Below, one piece after another: positions 12,261-25,120 of a DNA stretch of 64,000 nt (positions are counted from its first letter, which is position 1; every line of letters begins with the position of its first letter). Source of the DNA: Octopus sinensis (lineage: Eukaryota); assembly GCF_006345805.1 (NCBI RefSeq), contig NC_043007.1, positions 44,516,001-44,580,000 on the forward strand, written 5' to 3'. The position numbers and the translations under genes are program-made. The notes under the pieces are model-generated. The model was not told the DNA's origin. It saw nothing but the letters and a program-made list of their open reading frames with translations, and made no database searches.

Positions 12261-14829
12261 TGATAATAATATGAATATAATACAATACACAGATAAATAA
12301 ATGGAATTAAATAACAATATACATAAACAAAATAAATTAAATTAAATTAATACAAAAAAAGAAAGAAAAGAAAAAGTAAGTAGATATAAACAAATGATTA
12401 AAATAAATGAAAGTAAATTAATTGAACGTGTATAAACAGGGGATACTGATAATGCAAGCACATTCCCCCCCACTTACTAAACACAGACACTCATAGGAAT
12501 ATATGCATGTGCAAATAAAGACACATACAATAGGAATACAAAATGCCAGATCGTTAGTAAAGAAAGAAGAAAGCAAAGGACCACTGATGAGGTCACAGAA
12601 GTGTGATGAAAGAACTCTGGCTGAAATACAATTAATATAAAATAAAGCTGAAGCAAGTGAACACCAAATATATAGTGCATGTGTTTTCATTGGCTAAACT
12701 CGCAACATGACCATCCATAAATACAATATATATATATATCAAGGCAATTTATATCAAGGCAAAAAGTTATATATATATATTATCATGGTGGGTTTTCTCA
12801 GCTCATATTTAGTTAATGTAAGAAATGTCCAGTCACTTTCTCAACTCTCATGCAATCAGTTTTCCTTACAAGTTAATATCATTTATCCAATGGGACATAT
12901 GTCCTTTTCTATTTAGTAAGTATTACACGTCCGCCACACATATTTCACTAGCGTACAACATCATATTTCTTACACCACATATAGTGCAGAAATGTCTTTG
13001 TTGCTCACAGAGTTAGCAGGGTTTTTTTTATGCATGTGTCACATTATTTATATTCCAGCCAATAATTTTTTACTAGATACACTACCTATAGGGGGAAAAA
13101 ATCTTTACTGCTTTGTTTGTGAGGTGTAGTTTATAGCTGCTCCTGCTACCAACCACTTCAGTGCATGCCATGCATCTAAAATTAAGGTCCCTTGTCATTT
13201 TCTTTTGCATTAGACATTTGCACTGACTACATAATATTCAGTTTCTATCTGTTTCCTTCCATCATGTTCATTTCCCTAGCAGTTACCATTCTTTACTTTT
13301 TCTTACAACTCACTGAATTCTTTGTCATGTTGACATTTAATTTTCCTTTTTTTTTTATTCACACTAAACCAACTTTTCCAGATATGTATATTTTCTTACA
13401 CTGTAGTACTTTCACAATTCACAAACTTTAGCTTCACTTTTAAACCGCTGTCCAAAAGTCTCTAGTTTCTGCTGTAATTGTTGTTGCTTAGTGACAGGTC
13501 AACCCTAATCAAGTAAATTATCATCAAAGGCGTTCTATCCTTGACCACTCTGTCTTTTTTCTATTTCTAAGACTATATTACAGGATGTGTCTTTCTTGTT
13601 TTAAGATTGAAGAATTTAATTTGAGGTAATTTGGTAGTTATTTCTAGCAGATCAAAAATCTCTTGCATGAAGGGTGCTAAAAGCAGAGCCTTGGTGGCCT
13701 GGATCTGTACTGTGAATTACTAATTGAGTTCACTGCCAGCCCTGACCTTGGATTGTTGACCAGCTGATTTAACATTATCATCTGGTTTTGGATGCCTTTG
13801 GCAGATTATATTCTGTTGTAAGTATTGGAAGCTCCTGGTTCTGTCTTTAGCCATGTCTTTCCTGTAGACATAATGTATAGATGTTCAGGCTTACTATGTG
13901 GGCTTTCAATCTCTCTTAACTAGGGAAAGGATCAGCAAAGATCATAAGTACTGCTTCTCCTCTGATTAACATATTTAACATTTTTTTAGCACATTCCTAT
14001 ATATCTGATACCTCTGCACTCCCCAACATAATGTGATACATCTCCTACATCAATTGATACTTCCTCACCCCTTTCTACATCACCTGATACATTCTCATGA
14101 ACCATTCTTTATACTCAACTTTCCATTCTTACAATGTGAAAATCTTTCAGAATCCATGCCTCAGTGGAAGTTCAAAATGCAATTTTACTTCATAAAGAGG
14201 AGAATCATTTTAAAAACTTCACACAATCTGAGTGCTTTCACTGAAATTGAAAAGTGAAATTATCAGACATTGCTCTCATGAGCACAAATTTGTTTTGGTG
14301 ATTGGGGTAGGTGGTAGTGGTCATATCTGCTATTAAACTAAAGAATGAAATAGAAACACATAGCTTGCACACTTTATCTATAGCTAATATCAATCTGTAG
14401 GGAATAACTCTTCTTTTCTCTTGAAAAATGATATTTTTCATTATATTTCATTCCAACCTTTTGTCATTCCCAGCTAACCTATCATCTACGAATCTCCATA
14501 AAAGAGGCTATGCACTCCTTGCCTGAATGTCTGAACAATATTTTCTTGTGGCAGTATTCGATGTGAAACTGATGGTAACTGATGGTAACATTGTGACCAG
14601 TTATATACCATAACCAGTAATATATTGCTTGACAATATGAAAATATACTCAAATTAAGTGTGCTTTCATTTCTCATAATATATCATTATATGTACATACA
14701 TACATACATATGTTCATACATACATACATATATACATCCATACATACATACATACATACATACATACATACATACATACATGCATGCATGCCTACATACA
14801 TACATACATACATACATACATACATACAC

Positions 14830-14897
<68 letters not shown>

Positions 14898-15219
14898 GTC
14901 TTGATTGATTGATTGATTGATCTATATAGTGTGTGTGTGTGAGTGTGAATGTATGTGTGTATTTATATACTTCTGTGTCTGTAACCATGTGTAAGTTGTT
15001 TATGTTTGCACCAGTCTAAAACTGCTACTGTTGTTTATATTATGTGACTATTTCTTGTGGGTCAAGTGTTCAATCGGAGGCTTTCTCATTAGCTCATATA
15101 ATGATGATGATAGTGGTAGTGATGATGATGAAGATGATGGTGATGATGATGATGATGATAATGATATTTGGTGTTATATACTTCCTGTAGGAATGACAAA
15201 TTCTGTTGTGGAAGAAGTA

Positions 15220-15440
15220 AATATTGGTCTCAAATTTTGGCACTGGGCTAGAAGTTTTTTTAGGGAAGGGGAAGTCGATTACATTGACCCCGGTGCTTAA
15301 CTCATATTTTCTCACCAACTCTGAAAGGATGGAAGACAAAGTTGACCTTGGCAGCATTTGAACTTAGAATGCAAAGACAGAAGTGCTGTGAAGTATTTTG
15401 TCTGGTATGCTAACAATTCTGTCAACTCATTGCCTTAATA
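15220..15440 (-). mobile_element. Family A SINE, decayed
   Basis: Reverse complement of family A core and head, abutting (TAA)n. Confidence 0.65.
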
Positions 15441-15559
15441 GTAATAATAATAATAATCCTTTCTGCAATAGATACAAAGCCTGAAATTCTGGGTGAGGGG
15501 TCTAGTTGATTACATTGACCCCAGTGTCTGACTGGTACTTATTTTATCAACCTCTACAG

Positions 15560-15681
15560 CAGTGTTTGTTAACCTCTTTACTCTTGAGTAACCCTTAAAA
15601 TATATTACATGTCTCAAGGAACTCCTGCACAAAAAAATATTATATACTGTATTTTTCATCATAGTTCACGTAGTAAATATC

Positions 15682-15750
<69 letters not shown>

Positions 15751-15998
15751 GGGTGTCCATATATTACAGACATCACTAAATATATCCCCAATGGTTGAAA
15801 TACTTTTTTGATAACATAATAGGTTAGATAGGATAATGTCTGTATTACAATATTACAATAACCAATAATATGTTGTGCATAAATAGTTATATTACGATTT
15901 TGAAATTAGCATTAGCAAATTTCACTCTTTTTCGTGGAACCCCTAGGAACCTTTTGTGGAATCCTAGGGTTCCGGGGAACCCTGGTTGAGAAACACTG
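15560..15998. mobile_element. hAT (Charlie-like) MITE inserted into a family A SINE
   Basis: TIRs cagtgtttgttaacc / ggttgagaaacactg; perfect 8-bp TSD ctctacag at 15552-15559 and 15999-16006; SINE halves at 15460-15551 and 16007-16105. Confidence 0.9.
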
Positions 15999-16104
15999 CT
16001 CTACAGGATGAAAGCAAAGTTATATGAACTCAGAAAGTAAGGTCAGAAGGAATGCAACACACCATTTTGTCTGGTATGCTATCAATTCTGCCAGCTGGCT
16101 GCCC

Positions 16105-16202
<98 letters not shown>

Positions 16203-16697
16203 CAACAACAAGAAGAAGAAAACAAAAATAAAAGAATAAAAAAACCTTGAAGAAATCATCAAAGCAAAATTTTAACTCAAGGACAATTTCATTGAATCAG
16301 GACAGTTTTATAATTGTTTTTTTTTTGTATTTTCCTTTCATGTCTTGTGTTTTTTCCTCCCTCTTTTTACAATTGAGAAGAAAACATTCTTTGTTAGAAA
16401 CTATTCATTGTCTTTGGTTGACCACTCCTGTTATAGTTTTATTACAGACACTCACATGGACAACTATTAAAACTGTTTTGTTACTGAGGGTAGTTTTATT
16501 TATTTTTGTATTTATAATATTTTAATACTAGGTGGACCTAGACATTTATATGTTTTTCATTATTTATTCATTTGTACAAAGATAAAGAAGACAAAGATCA
16601 GTCACATAGTTTTCAAAATATCTTCACAGACATACGTTTATATACATATGTATTATATATGTATAGGAGTACATAGATGTGTACATGTATGTGCACG

Positions 16698-16744
<47 letters not shown>

Positions 16745-17034
16745 ACACACACACAAATATTATTTTCAGTCAGCAGCAGTGAAAAAGTGGTTTGAGAGTT
16801 GAGAATATTTTGCATGCCACTCAAGGGTTAAGAGTTTCAGGTTTGCCACTCATTAGGGTGATAAGTCTCATACATTTGGCAAATAGAACAAGTTGCGGAC
16901 TCAGTTTGCTCATGAGTTTGTGGATCATTTGCAAAATGTTTCCTTGAGTGAACGGCAAAACCTGCTTTGCTTGGTGCTACAAAAAAAACAATGACAGGTA
17001 ACGTTTTCATTTGGATGAGCAGCGTTTTGCCAAA

Positions 17035-17326
17035 TGCCTTCATGCCAGACATTGCTCCATCTGATTATCATTTATTCTGCATTCTTCAATATCATTTGGA
17101 TGGAAAGAATATGAATTCTGTAGACTAGGTCAGAGCAATACTGGAGGAGTATTTTTTGTCACAGACAAGTGAATTTTGGAAGAGGGGCCTTGCAAGTCTA
17201 CCAGATAGATGGAAGAACATTGTAGAAAATGACGGAGAGTATATCGTAGATTAAAAAAGAACTTTGTTTATCTTAATTTTGAAAAATAAAAGAATTATAA
17301 AAAAAACACATTATTTATGGGATAAC
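17035..17326 (+). pseudogene. Mariner transposase C-terminal remnant and right end
   Basis: PDIAPSDYHLF...FWKRGLASLPDRWKNIVENDGEYIVD* (YSPDLAPSD-type motif). Confidence 0.85.
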
Positions 17327-17591
17327 TGTTGCCATGCTGGAGCAACACCTTGAATTTTAAGTCAAATGAATTGACCCCAGTTCTTACTTTTTTTAAACCT
17401 GGTAATTATTCTATTAGTGTCTTTTGCTGAACCGCCAAGTTATAGGGACATAAGCATGAATGTGAAAATGATGATGATGGTGGGAATGAGATTATATCCA
17501 AAAGCCTGAATGGAATACCTAACATTTTAAAGCAGCTTACAGAAAATGAAATAAATATATAATAAGGTATAAAAATTGAAATACCTGTTAT

Positions 17592-17906
17592 GGCGTGGCT
17601 TAGTGGTTAGGGCATTCGGCTCATGATCGTAAGGTTGTGGGTTCGATTCCCGGCGACGTGTTGTGTCCTTGAGCAAGACACTTTATTTCACGTTGCTCCA
17701 GTCCACTCAGCTGGCAAAAATGAGTTGTACTTGTATTTCAAAGGGTCAGCCTTATCACTCTCTGTGTCACGCTGATTATCCCCGAGAACTACGTTAAGGG
17801 TACACGTGTCTGTGGAATGCTCAGCCATTTGCACGTTAATTTCACGAGCAAGCTGTTCCGTTGATCGTATCAGCTGGGACCCTCGTCGTCGTAACTGGCG
17901 GAGTCT
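17592..17906 (+). mobile_element. tRNA-derived SINE (family B, 3' module 2), well preserved
   Basis: A box tggcttagtgg, B box gttcgattcc, tgtgtccttgagcaagacac, then ttgcacgttaatttcacgagc domain; CpG-rich. Confidence 0.85.
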
Positions 17907-18276
17907 TGTAAGTGTTCAATAGTTGTAGGTTAAAGCTGCCTACTATGATGTCTTTTTTCCATAATAAAAATAATAGTAGTACCATATTTATATTTCATTG
18001 TTCATGTTTTTCGTTTATTGCCTAAACTAAAGAAAGTATTTATATTTTTTATTGAATTGCATATAACTTTGTCCAAAGGTTTTACTGTATATGTAGTACA
18101 AGTTTGTATTTCTAATAGGTGTGTATTTCTTTCAGTAATCAAAAGAACTTTTATGCATAGAAACGATTTTATCTTCATCTAATAACAAAGGTTCTCATAA
18201 TGAAATATAGAGATATTGTCGAGATATGTACATCTGTGCATATGGATGGGTGTGTGTATTTGTGCATGTGTGCATA

Positions 18277-18314
<38 letters not shown>

Positions 18315-18347
18315 CATACATACATACATACATATACATATATATAT

Positions 18348-18380
<33 letters not shown>

Positions 18381-18685
18381 GAAAGAAGGTTTGAAAATGT
18401 AATTTAGAAAAAGATTGTCAAAAATAAAATGCAAAGCTTTGTATAAGCTTTGTTGTGTTAAGTACTGGTTATCACAAAAGTATTAAAACACATATATACA
18501 ATACAGTCTTTGATAGTAATAATATTGATTGAACTCCTAACACTTTTTCTGTGTATGTATATATATACTACCAAACAAACATGATTTTTATTGAACTCCT
18601 AATATTTTTTGTTGAATATTTTCTTAAAGACTTTATTGTAAACTGTTTTTAACATTTTCTTATTATTATCAAAGAATGTATATAT

Positions 18686-21617
18686 CATCAACATCATCAT
18701 CATCATCATCGTTTAACGTCTGCTTTCCATGCTAGCATGGGTTGGACGGTTCGACCGGGGATCTGGGAAGCCAGAAGGCTGCCCCAGGCTCCAGTCTTAT
18801 CTGGCAATGTTTCTACAGCTGTATGCCCTTCCTAACGCTAACCACTCCGAGAGTGTAGTGGGTGATTTTATGTGCCACCGACACAGGTGCCAGACGAGGC
18901 TGGCAAACGGCCACGCTCGGATGGTGTTTTTTATGTGCCACCAACACAGGTGCCAGACGAGGCTAGCTGACGGCCACACTCGGATGGTGTTTTCTTATGT
19001 GTCACCGACACAGGTGCCAGATGAGGCTGGCGGATGGCCACGCTCGGATGGTGTTTGTTACGTGCCCTCAGCACGGAGGCCAGTCGTTGCGGTACTGGCT
19101 ACGGTCACGTTCGGATGGTTTTCTTATGTGCCACCGGCACTGGTACCACAAGGATACAAATTCCATTGATGTTCATCTATTGATTTGGTTCGATTTGATT
19201 TGATTTGATTCGATTCGATTCTCACTTGCCTCAACAGGTCTTCACAAGTGTCACAAGAAGGAAGGTATGCACAGGTGGACTGACTACGTCCCAGGTAGGG
19301 GCCACGGATTATGGCTTCACTAGTCTTGCCGGGTCTTCTCACGCACAGCATACTTCCATAGGTCTCGGTCTCTAGTCATTTCCATGGTGAGACCTAACGT
19401 CCGAAGGTCGTGCTTCACCACCTCGTCCCAGGTTTTCCTGGGTCTACCTCTTCCACGGGTTCCCTCAACTGCTAGGGATTGGCACTTTCTCACACACCTA
19501 TCTTCATCCATTCTCGCCACATGACCATACCAGCGCAATCGTCTCTCTTGCACTCAACAACTGATGCTTCTTAGGTACAACATTTCTCTCAAGGTACTAA
19601 CGCTCTGTCGAGTAAGTACACTGACATTACACATCCATCGGAGCATACTGGCTTCGTTCCTCATGAGCTTACGCATGTCCTCAGCAGTCACGGCCCATGT
19701 TTCACTGCCATGTAGCATAGCTGTTCGTACACATGCATCATACAGTCTGCCTTTTACTCTGAGCGAGAGGCCTTTAGTCACCAGCAGAGGTAAGAGCTCC
19801 CTAAACTTTGCCCAGGCTATTCTTATTCTAGCAGTTACACTTTCAGCGCACCCACCCCCACTACTGACTTGGTCACCTAGATAGCGGAAGCTATCAACTA
19901 CTTCTAGTTTTTCCCCCCGGAAAGTGACGGAAGTTGTTTTCTGCAGATTTTCGGAGGTCAATGCTCCAGAGCACCTGCCACATACAAAAACTATCTTCCC
20001 AGTTAGCCTACCTTTGACATTGCTGCACCTCTTATGTGTCCATAGCTTACACTGGGTACATCTTATAGAGTTTCTACCTACACCTTTTCTACAGATCGAG
20101 CAGGGCCATCTTCCTGAGGATATTTGTGGATTTTCTACCTTTCTACTTATTAGTACTTTGGTTTTAGCTAGGTTGACTCTAAGGCCCCTCGATTCTAAAC
20201 CCTCTTTCCACACCTGGAACTTCTCCTCCAGTTCTGATAGTGACTCAGCGATTAGAGCGAGGTCGTCAGCATAGAGGAGCTCCCAGGGGCAACCTGTCTT
20301 GAATTCCTCCGTTATTGCCTGGAGGACTATGATAAATAGGAGGGGGCTGAGTACTGAACCCTGGTGGACCCCAACCTCTACTTTGAACTCTTCTGTGTAC
20401 ATGTTGCCAACTCTAACCTTACTTACGGCATCTCTGTACATGGCTTGCACAGCCCTCACCAGCCATTCATCTATCCCTAGTTTCCTCATTGACCACCAGA
20501 TGAGGGATCGGGGGACCCTATCAAAGGCTTTCTCCATGTCAACGAAAGCCAGGTACAGGGGCTTATCTTTGGCTAGGTATTTCTCCTGCAGCTGCCTTAC
20601 CAGGAATATAGCATCAGTGGTGCTTTTCCCTGGGACAAACCCAAACTGCATCTCATCTAAACTAACTCTCTCTCTAATTAGTTGGGCTATGACCCTCTCC
20701 GTAACCTTCATTACCTGATCCAACAGCTTGATACCTCTGTAATTATTTGTATCCAGGGCATCACCTTTACCTTTGTAGCAGTTGACTAGTATGCTGCTAC
20801 ACCAGTCATTGGGTATGACTCCTTCGTGTATCACCTGGTTGACTATACGGGTGACTAGGTTATAGCCGACACTGCCAGATATTTTGAGCATCTCTGCAGT
20901 AATTCCTGATGGGCCTGGGGCTTTCCCTGTCTTCATGCTTCTAATTGCCTTAGCTACCACGGAACTATCAACTCGAATAGCTGGTCCCTCTGTTGGGTCA
21001 ACATTTGGCAGACTCTCTTTATCCCATTCATTTTCTTTATTCAGCAACCTTTCATAGTGGCATCTCCAAACCTCTCTCTTTGCATCCTCATTTAGCGCAA
21101 GTGAACCATCATCCATGCGAACACACTTCTCTCCTACCACATCACGATTCTCTCTCACACACTGTCTTGCAACACGAAATACCTCAAGTCTTTCATCCTC
21201 ACGGCTCAGAACATTGGCAAATTTTTTCTTATCCACTTCCCCTCTGGCTAAATAAACCTGTCTCCTAGCTTCCCTTTTGGCTGTCTGATACAATTCTCTG
21301 CTACCACCGTTCTTCCAGTCCTTCCAAGCCTGTCTCTTTTGTCTAATAGCCCTGTCAACCACAGTGTTCCACCACCATGTTACTCTGGGTCGAGATGGTA
21401 CTTTGCTCCATCCACAGATCTGGTCAGTGGCTGTCAGCAGATTGTCCCGTAGGAATCTCCAGTTGTCTTCCACATTAAGTGAAGCTATATCCCCTTCTAT
21501 TTCGTCAGAAGCTTTGAGTAGTATGTCTCTAAATCTCTGTCCATTTGCAGGATCTTTAAGCTTCCAGACCCTTCTCCTCCAAGCTGGTCTTCTTCTGGGC
21601 AACCATTTAGCTCTGAT
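18686..21617 (-). mobile_element. Young 5'-truncated RTE-clade LINE
   Basis: RT ORF, 3' UTR with 63-66-bp tandem units, terminal stem-loop region and (GAT)n tail. Confidence 0.95.
19320..21617 (-). pseudogene. RTE reverse transcriptase ORF (endonuclease missing; single TGA at 19554-19556)
   Basis: KAPGPSG, YRGIKLL, QFGF, FVDMEKAFDRV, GVHQGSVLSPLLF, LYADDL, FRYLG, LRWYGHV; ORF 19320-19553 continues in frame after one stop. Confidence 0.95.
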
Positions 21618-22196
21618 GTATTGTAATATTTTGTGACAACTAGTACTTAACACGACAAAGCTTTTACAAAGCTTTACATTTTACTTTTGACAATCTTTTT
21701 CTAAAAAAGTGAAACCAGTCAAATGAATAAAGATCTTTAAAATTGCATTTTCAAACCTTCTTTCATATATATTTCCATTCGTGCGGTACCTTACAACTTC
21801 CTTTTCTTATACTTAAATATATATATATATATATATATCATGGCACAGGCATTGTTGTGTGGTTCAGAATGTGAACTAACAAAGCAAGTTTTCAATGTTG
21901 CAGAAGTAAGTAAAACACAATAGAAATTTAAACCATGATCTGAAATCTGATGAGATGAGAAAAAGAAAATGAATTAGAAAACATTTATACTGGTATTCTA
22001 CATGTAAAAGAAGTAAACATGATTTTACCTAGCCTTTAAATTCTTGCTTACAAATCCATTAGTCCAAACTATAACCATAGGACTAAGTGAAAGAGAAAAA
22101 CAATATATGAATATTTAAATACCAAGTACTATACTGAAGTCATACAGAGAGAACCAGCAACCCTTCCAACATTGATGAGAAATGAAAATTGTGTTG

Positions 22197-22230
<34 letters not shown>

Positions 22231-22262
22231 CATCATTATCATCATCATCACTATCATTATTA

Positions 22263-22482
22263 AGGCAGTGAGATGGCAGAAACATTAGCATGCCGGGTGA
22301 AATGCTTAGTGGTATTTCGTCTGTCTTTATGTTCTGAGTTCAAATTCCGCCAAGGTCAACTTTGCCTTTCATCCTTTCAGGGTCGATAAATTAAGTACCA
22401 GTTGTGTACTGGGATCGATCTAATCGACTGGCCCTCTCCCCCAAAATTTCGGGCTTTGTGCCTAGAGTAGAAAAGATTATTT
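22263..22482 (+). mobile_element. Family A SINE with alternative tail, at a (TTA)n tract
   Basis: Head and core as 4154; tail ccccaaaatttcgggctttgtgcctagagtagaaaagattatt. Confidence 0.85.
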
Positions 22483-22789
22483 TAATTATTATTAGTATTG
22501 TGAGGGCACAAGGCCTGGTGGTTGCACTTATATTTACGAGATTGTGGTTTCAATTCCTAGACTGGGTAGTGCATTGTGTTCTTGAGCAAAACACTTCACC
22601 TCTGGGATCACTTCAACACTTGACACATGATACACCATGCACCTGTTCAGGTGTCAATTTAATGGAGAGAGTGAGCTAATGAACAGCACATACGTTTGAT
22701 CACTATAAACAAAGCATTTCTGTAAGTCATCCAATGAAAAGCTGAACACTCATATATCATCTTTTCATGGGAGAGTCAACATCATCATC

Positions 22790-23035
22790 ATCATCATTTT
22801 GGTTTGGTTCAGGTTTGGTCTTATTCCTGGTAGAATTTATGTGGGTAGTGGATTATCACCTGTAATCGTAGGTATCCCCAAGTTTTCAGCAGTCTTTCAA
22901 GTGCTTAGAACCTTCCTGATAGCCCTTGCTGTTCCTGAGAGGCAAACTTTCTGTAGGAGCTCTGCTGGGCATTCTACTCCAATCTCCTTCAGCCATTTGT
23001 CTATATCTTTGTTTATCGTTCCCAATGCATCTTCC
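22790..23035 (-). mobile_element. R4/Dong-like LINE extreme 3' fragment
   Basis: Minus-strand ALGTINKDIDKWLKEIG...LLQKVCLSGTARAIRKVLST*. Confidence 0.7.
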
Positions 23036-23053
23036 TATTTCAAATTTTAAGGA

Positions 23054-23095
<42 letters not shown>

Positions 23096-23114
23096 TTATT
23101 ATTATTATTATTAT

Positions 23115-23250
23115 CGTTACTGCCCTTGCACAGCTTCTAATGCTGGAGATGTACTACAGTGTCGGTAACATTCTTATTTTTGGAGCACCTTCCAGAATAT
23201 TCAAGGTGTTCGACGCAATGCTGTTTTCTGCAAGTGCTCCACCCTTATCA
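23115..23250 (-). mobile_element. Second R4/Dong-like 3' fragment
   Basis: Minus-strand IRVEHLQKTAL...KVLQ between (TTA)n and (TCA)n tracts. Confidence 0.55.
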
Positions 23251-23289
23251 TCATCATCATCATCATCATCATCATAATATTTCTCAGAC

Positions 23290-24385
23290 TGATTTTATGT
23301 TGATATCTTGATCAGGAATAGATCATAACTAATGACCATGAGTTCTGTCAACTTTCTCATTCCAGTTACATCACATTGACATAACTCTTCCCAAATCCTG
23401 GCTGTTTCAAGCAGTGCTATTTTCTGGAGCATCCCAGCCTTGATAGTAAGTCCAAGTTTTCCAAGCCCCTTCTGAATTTGGTTTGTCACAATTCCAAGTG
23501 CCCCTGTCACAACAGGCATAACCAACAATTTCCTCAGCTCCCACAAATATGTTATCTCATGCTTCAAATCTTGGTACCTATCCACTTTGTCCTTCTCTTT
23601 CTCTACCATGTGGATATCTTCTGGGATAACGATGTCAATAATCCAACAATGTCTTTCTTCTTTCTCAGTCAGGATCAAATCAGGTCTTCTTGCCTCAATC
23701 ACATTGTCACTCTCCACACTGAAATCTCACAGTAATATCGTTTTTGTACCACCTGTCAGCGTGTTCCAAGTTGTTTTGCCCACATAAAAACCAATTTACA
23801 AGTCAAGAAACATTGTCATGCCATCTCTTGTACTCCTGCTATGCCAAAGAGCTACATTCACATACAATGTGGCTTGTGGTTACTCCTAACTTCCCACACA
23901 TTCTGTGCAATGGCAATTTGATTGTTTTGTTAATGTGGAATTTTACATAGTTCTTAATGCTTGCTCTTGAAGGGCACAAATAAAAGCTTCCGTCCCTTCT
24001 TTCAAATCTCCCTTACTCATCCAGACCTATGTCTCATGTTGGTCTATCTTTCCAAAATTAGAGTCTTAATCCATATCTCTTAAGAACTGTCTATGCATCA
24101 CTTTGTCTTTTCAACCCTGAAGTCTTCTTTTCAACTTCATTTTTCTTGAACTCTTCTTTAGTGGTGCATGACTCTGTTTCTATGATCCTAGCCAATTTAA
24201 CTCCTGTGAGTAATGATTCCAAATATACCAACCAAGACTATTTTCTTCACTTCTTATGCAATCTTCACAGCCTATCATACCTCTTCCTCCATCTTTTCAT
24301 GGTAAGTATATCCTATGTACATCACCTTTAGGATGTAAAGCTCCATACATTGTCATTTTCTTCCTTGTTTCTCATTCTATCTGGT
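23290..24385 (-). pseudogene. R4/Dong-like LINE remnant (zinc knuckle and restriction-like endonuclease)
   Basis: CRMCGK...HIVCEC...WHDNV; RRPDLIL...CWIIDIVIP...K..RY.DL...PVVTGALG...LQKIALLETARI. Confidence 0.85.
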
Positions 24386-24529
24386 TTATTATTATTATTA
24401 TTATTTACTTTTAATCTGCATGTTTGTTACAATCACTTGCTGAGACACATCTAGCATGTATCCAAGGGTGAGTGAAGAATAAGAGATATTACAGTATGAC
24501 TGACAGCTTGGGGAGGGGAAGTGGGCGGG

Positions 24530-25050
24530 GTAGTAATGAAATATCTTCATGTAATCCAACACATGCATTTAAATTGATAGAATTTTCTAAGGATGTGGAT
24601 AGTATTTGTCAGCATAATCTTTTGGATTTCTCTGCAACATGGTTCTCCTGGGATATTATCTAGATTCTTTTGACATTGCTTTCTTATCATACCTAGGGAA
24701 GACACAAAAACAAGAACAGTTCTCACTTTAAGATGCCATATCTTTTGTAATTTAATTTCTAGGTCCTTATATTTACTTAATTTGTCAAATTCCTTTACAG
24801 ATATATTTTTATCAGTGGGAACACTTACAGCTATTAGCCTACAAGTATTTCCTTCTTTGTCTTTAATGACTATGTCTGGTCGATTAGCCTGTATAGTTCT
24901 GTCAGTGTTGACTGGAAAATCCCAGAGATAATGACATTTTTACCTTCAACGACTGACTCGTCCATAACAGTATGCAGGAATGCTGATTTTGTAGTGTTTA
25001 CATATTTTCCAATGTAAATACTGTCCTACCCTATCAAGGTGATTTTTGTA
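24530..25050 (-). pseudogene. Further R4/Dong-like endonuclease remnant
   Basis: Minus-strand DRVGQYLHWKICKHY...LWDFPVNTDRTIQANRPDIVIKDK...KEFDKLSKYKDLEI; abuts a (CAT)n tract. Confidence 0.75.
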
Positions 25051-25085
25051 TGATGATGATGATGATCATCATCATCATCATCATC

Positions 25086-25120
<35 letters not shown>

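Larger units (their letters stand above)
18380..21770. mobile_element. Palindromic pLTR-like element split by an RTE insertion
   Basis: 18380-18520 is the inverse of 18650-18685 plus 21618-21770; both match the uninterrupted copy at 7175-7480. Confidence 0.75.

Noticed and set aside
17592-17665. tRNA gene candidate (also 1663, 30825, 63714)
   Set aside because: A and B boxes are present but no clean cloverleaf or terminator; each runs into a multi-copy SINE body.
21618-21653. N-terminus MLSTSCHKILQY of the 699-aa ORF as a real start
   Set aside because: Read from the flanking pLTR-like repeat; the RTE is 5'-truncated at about 21617.
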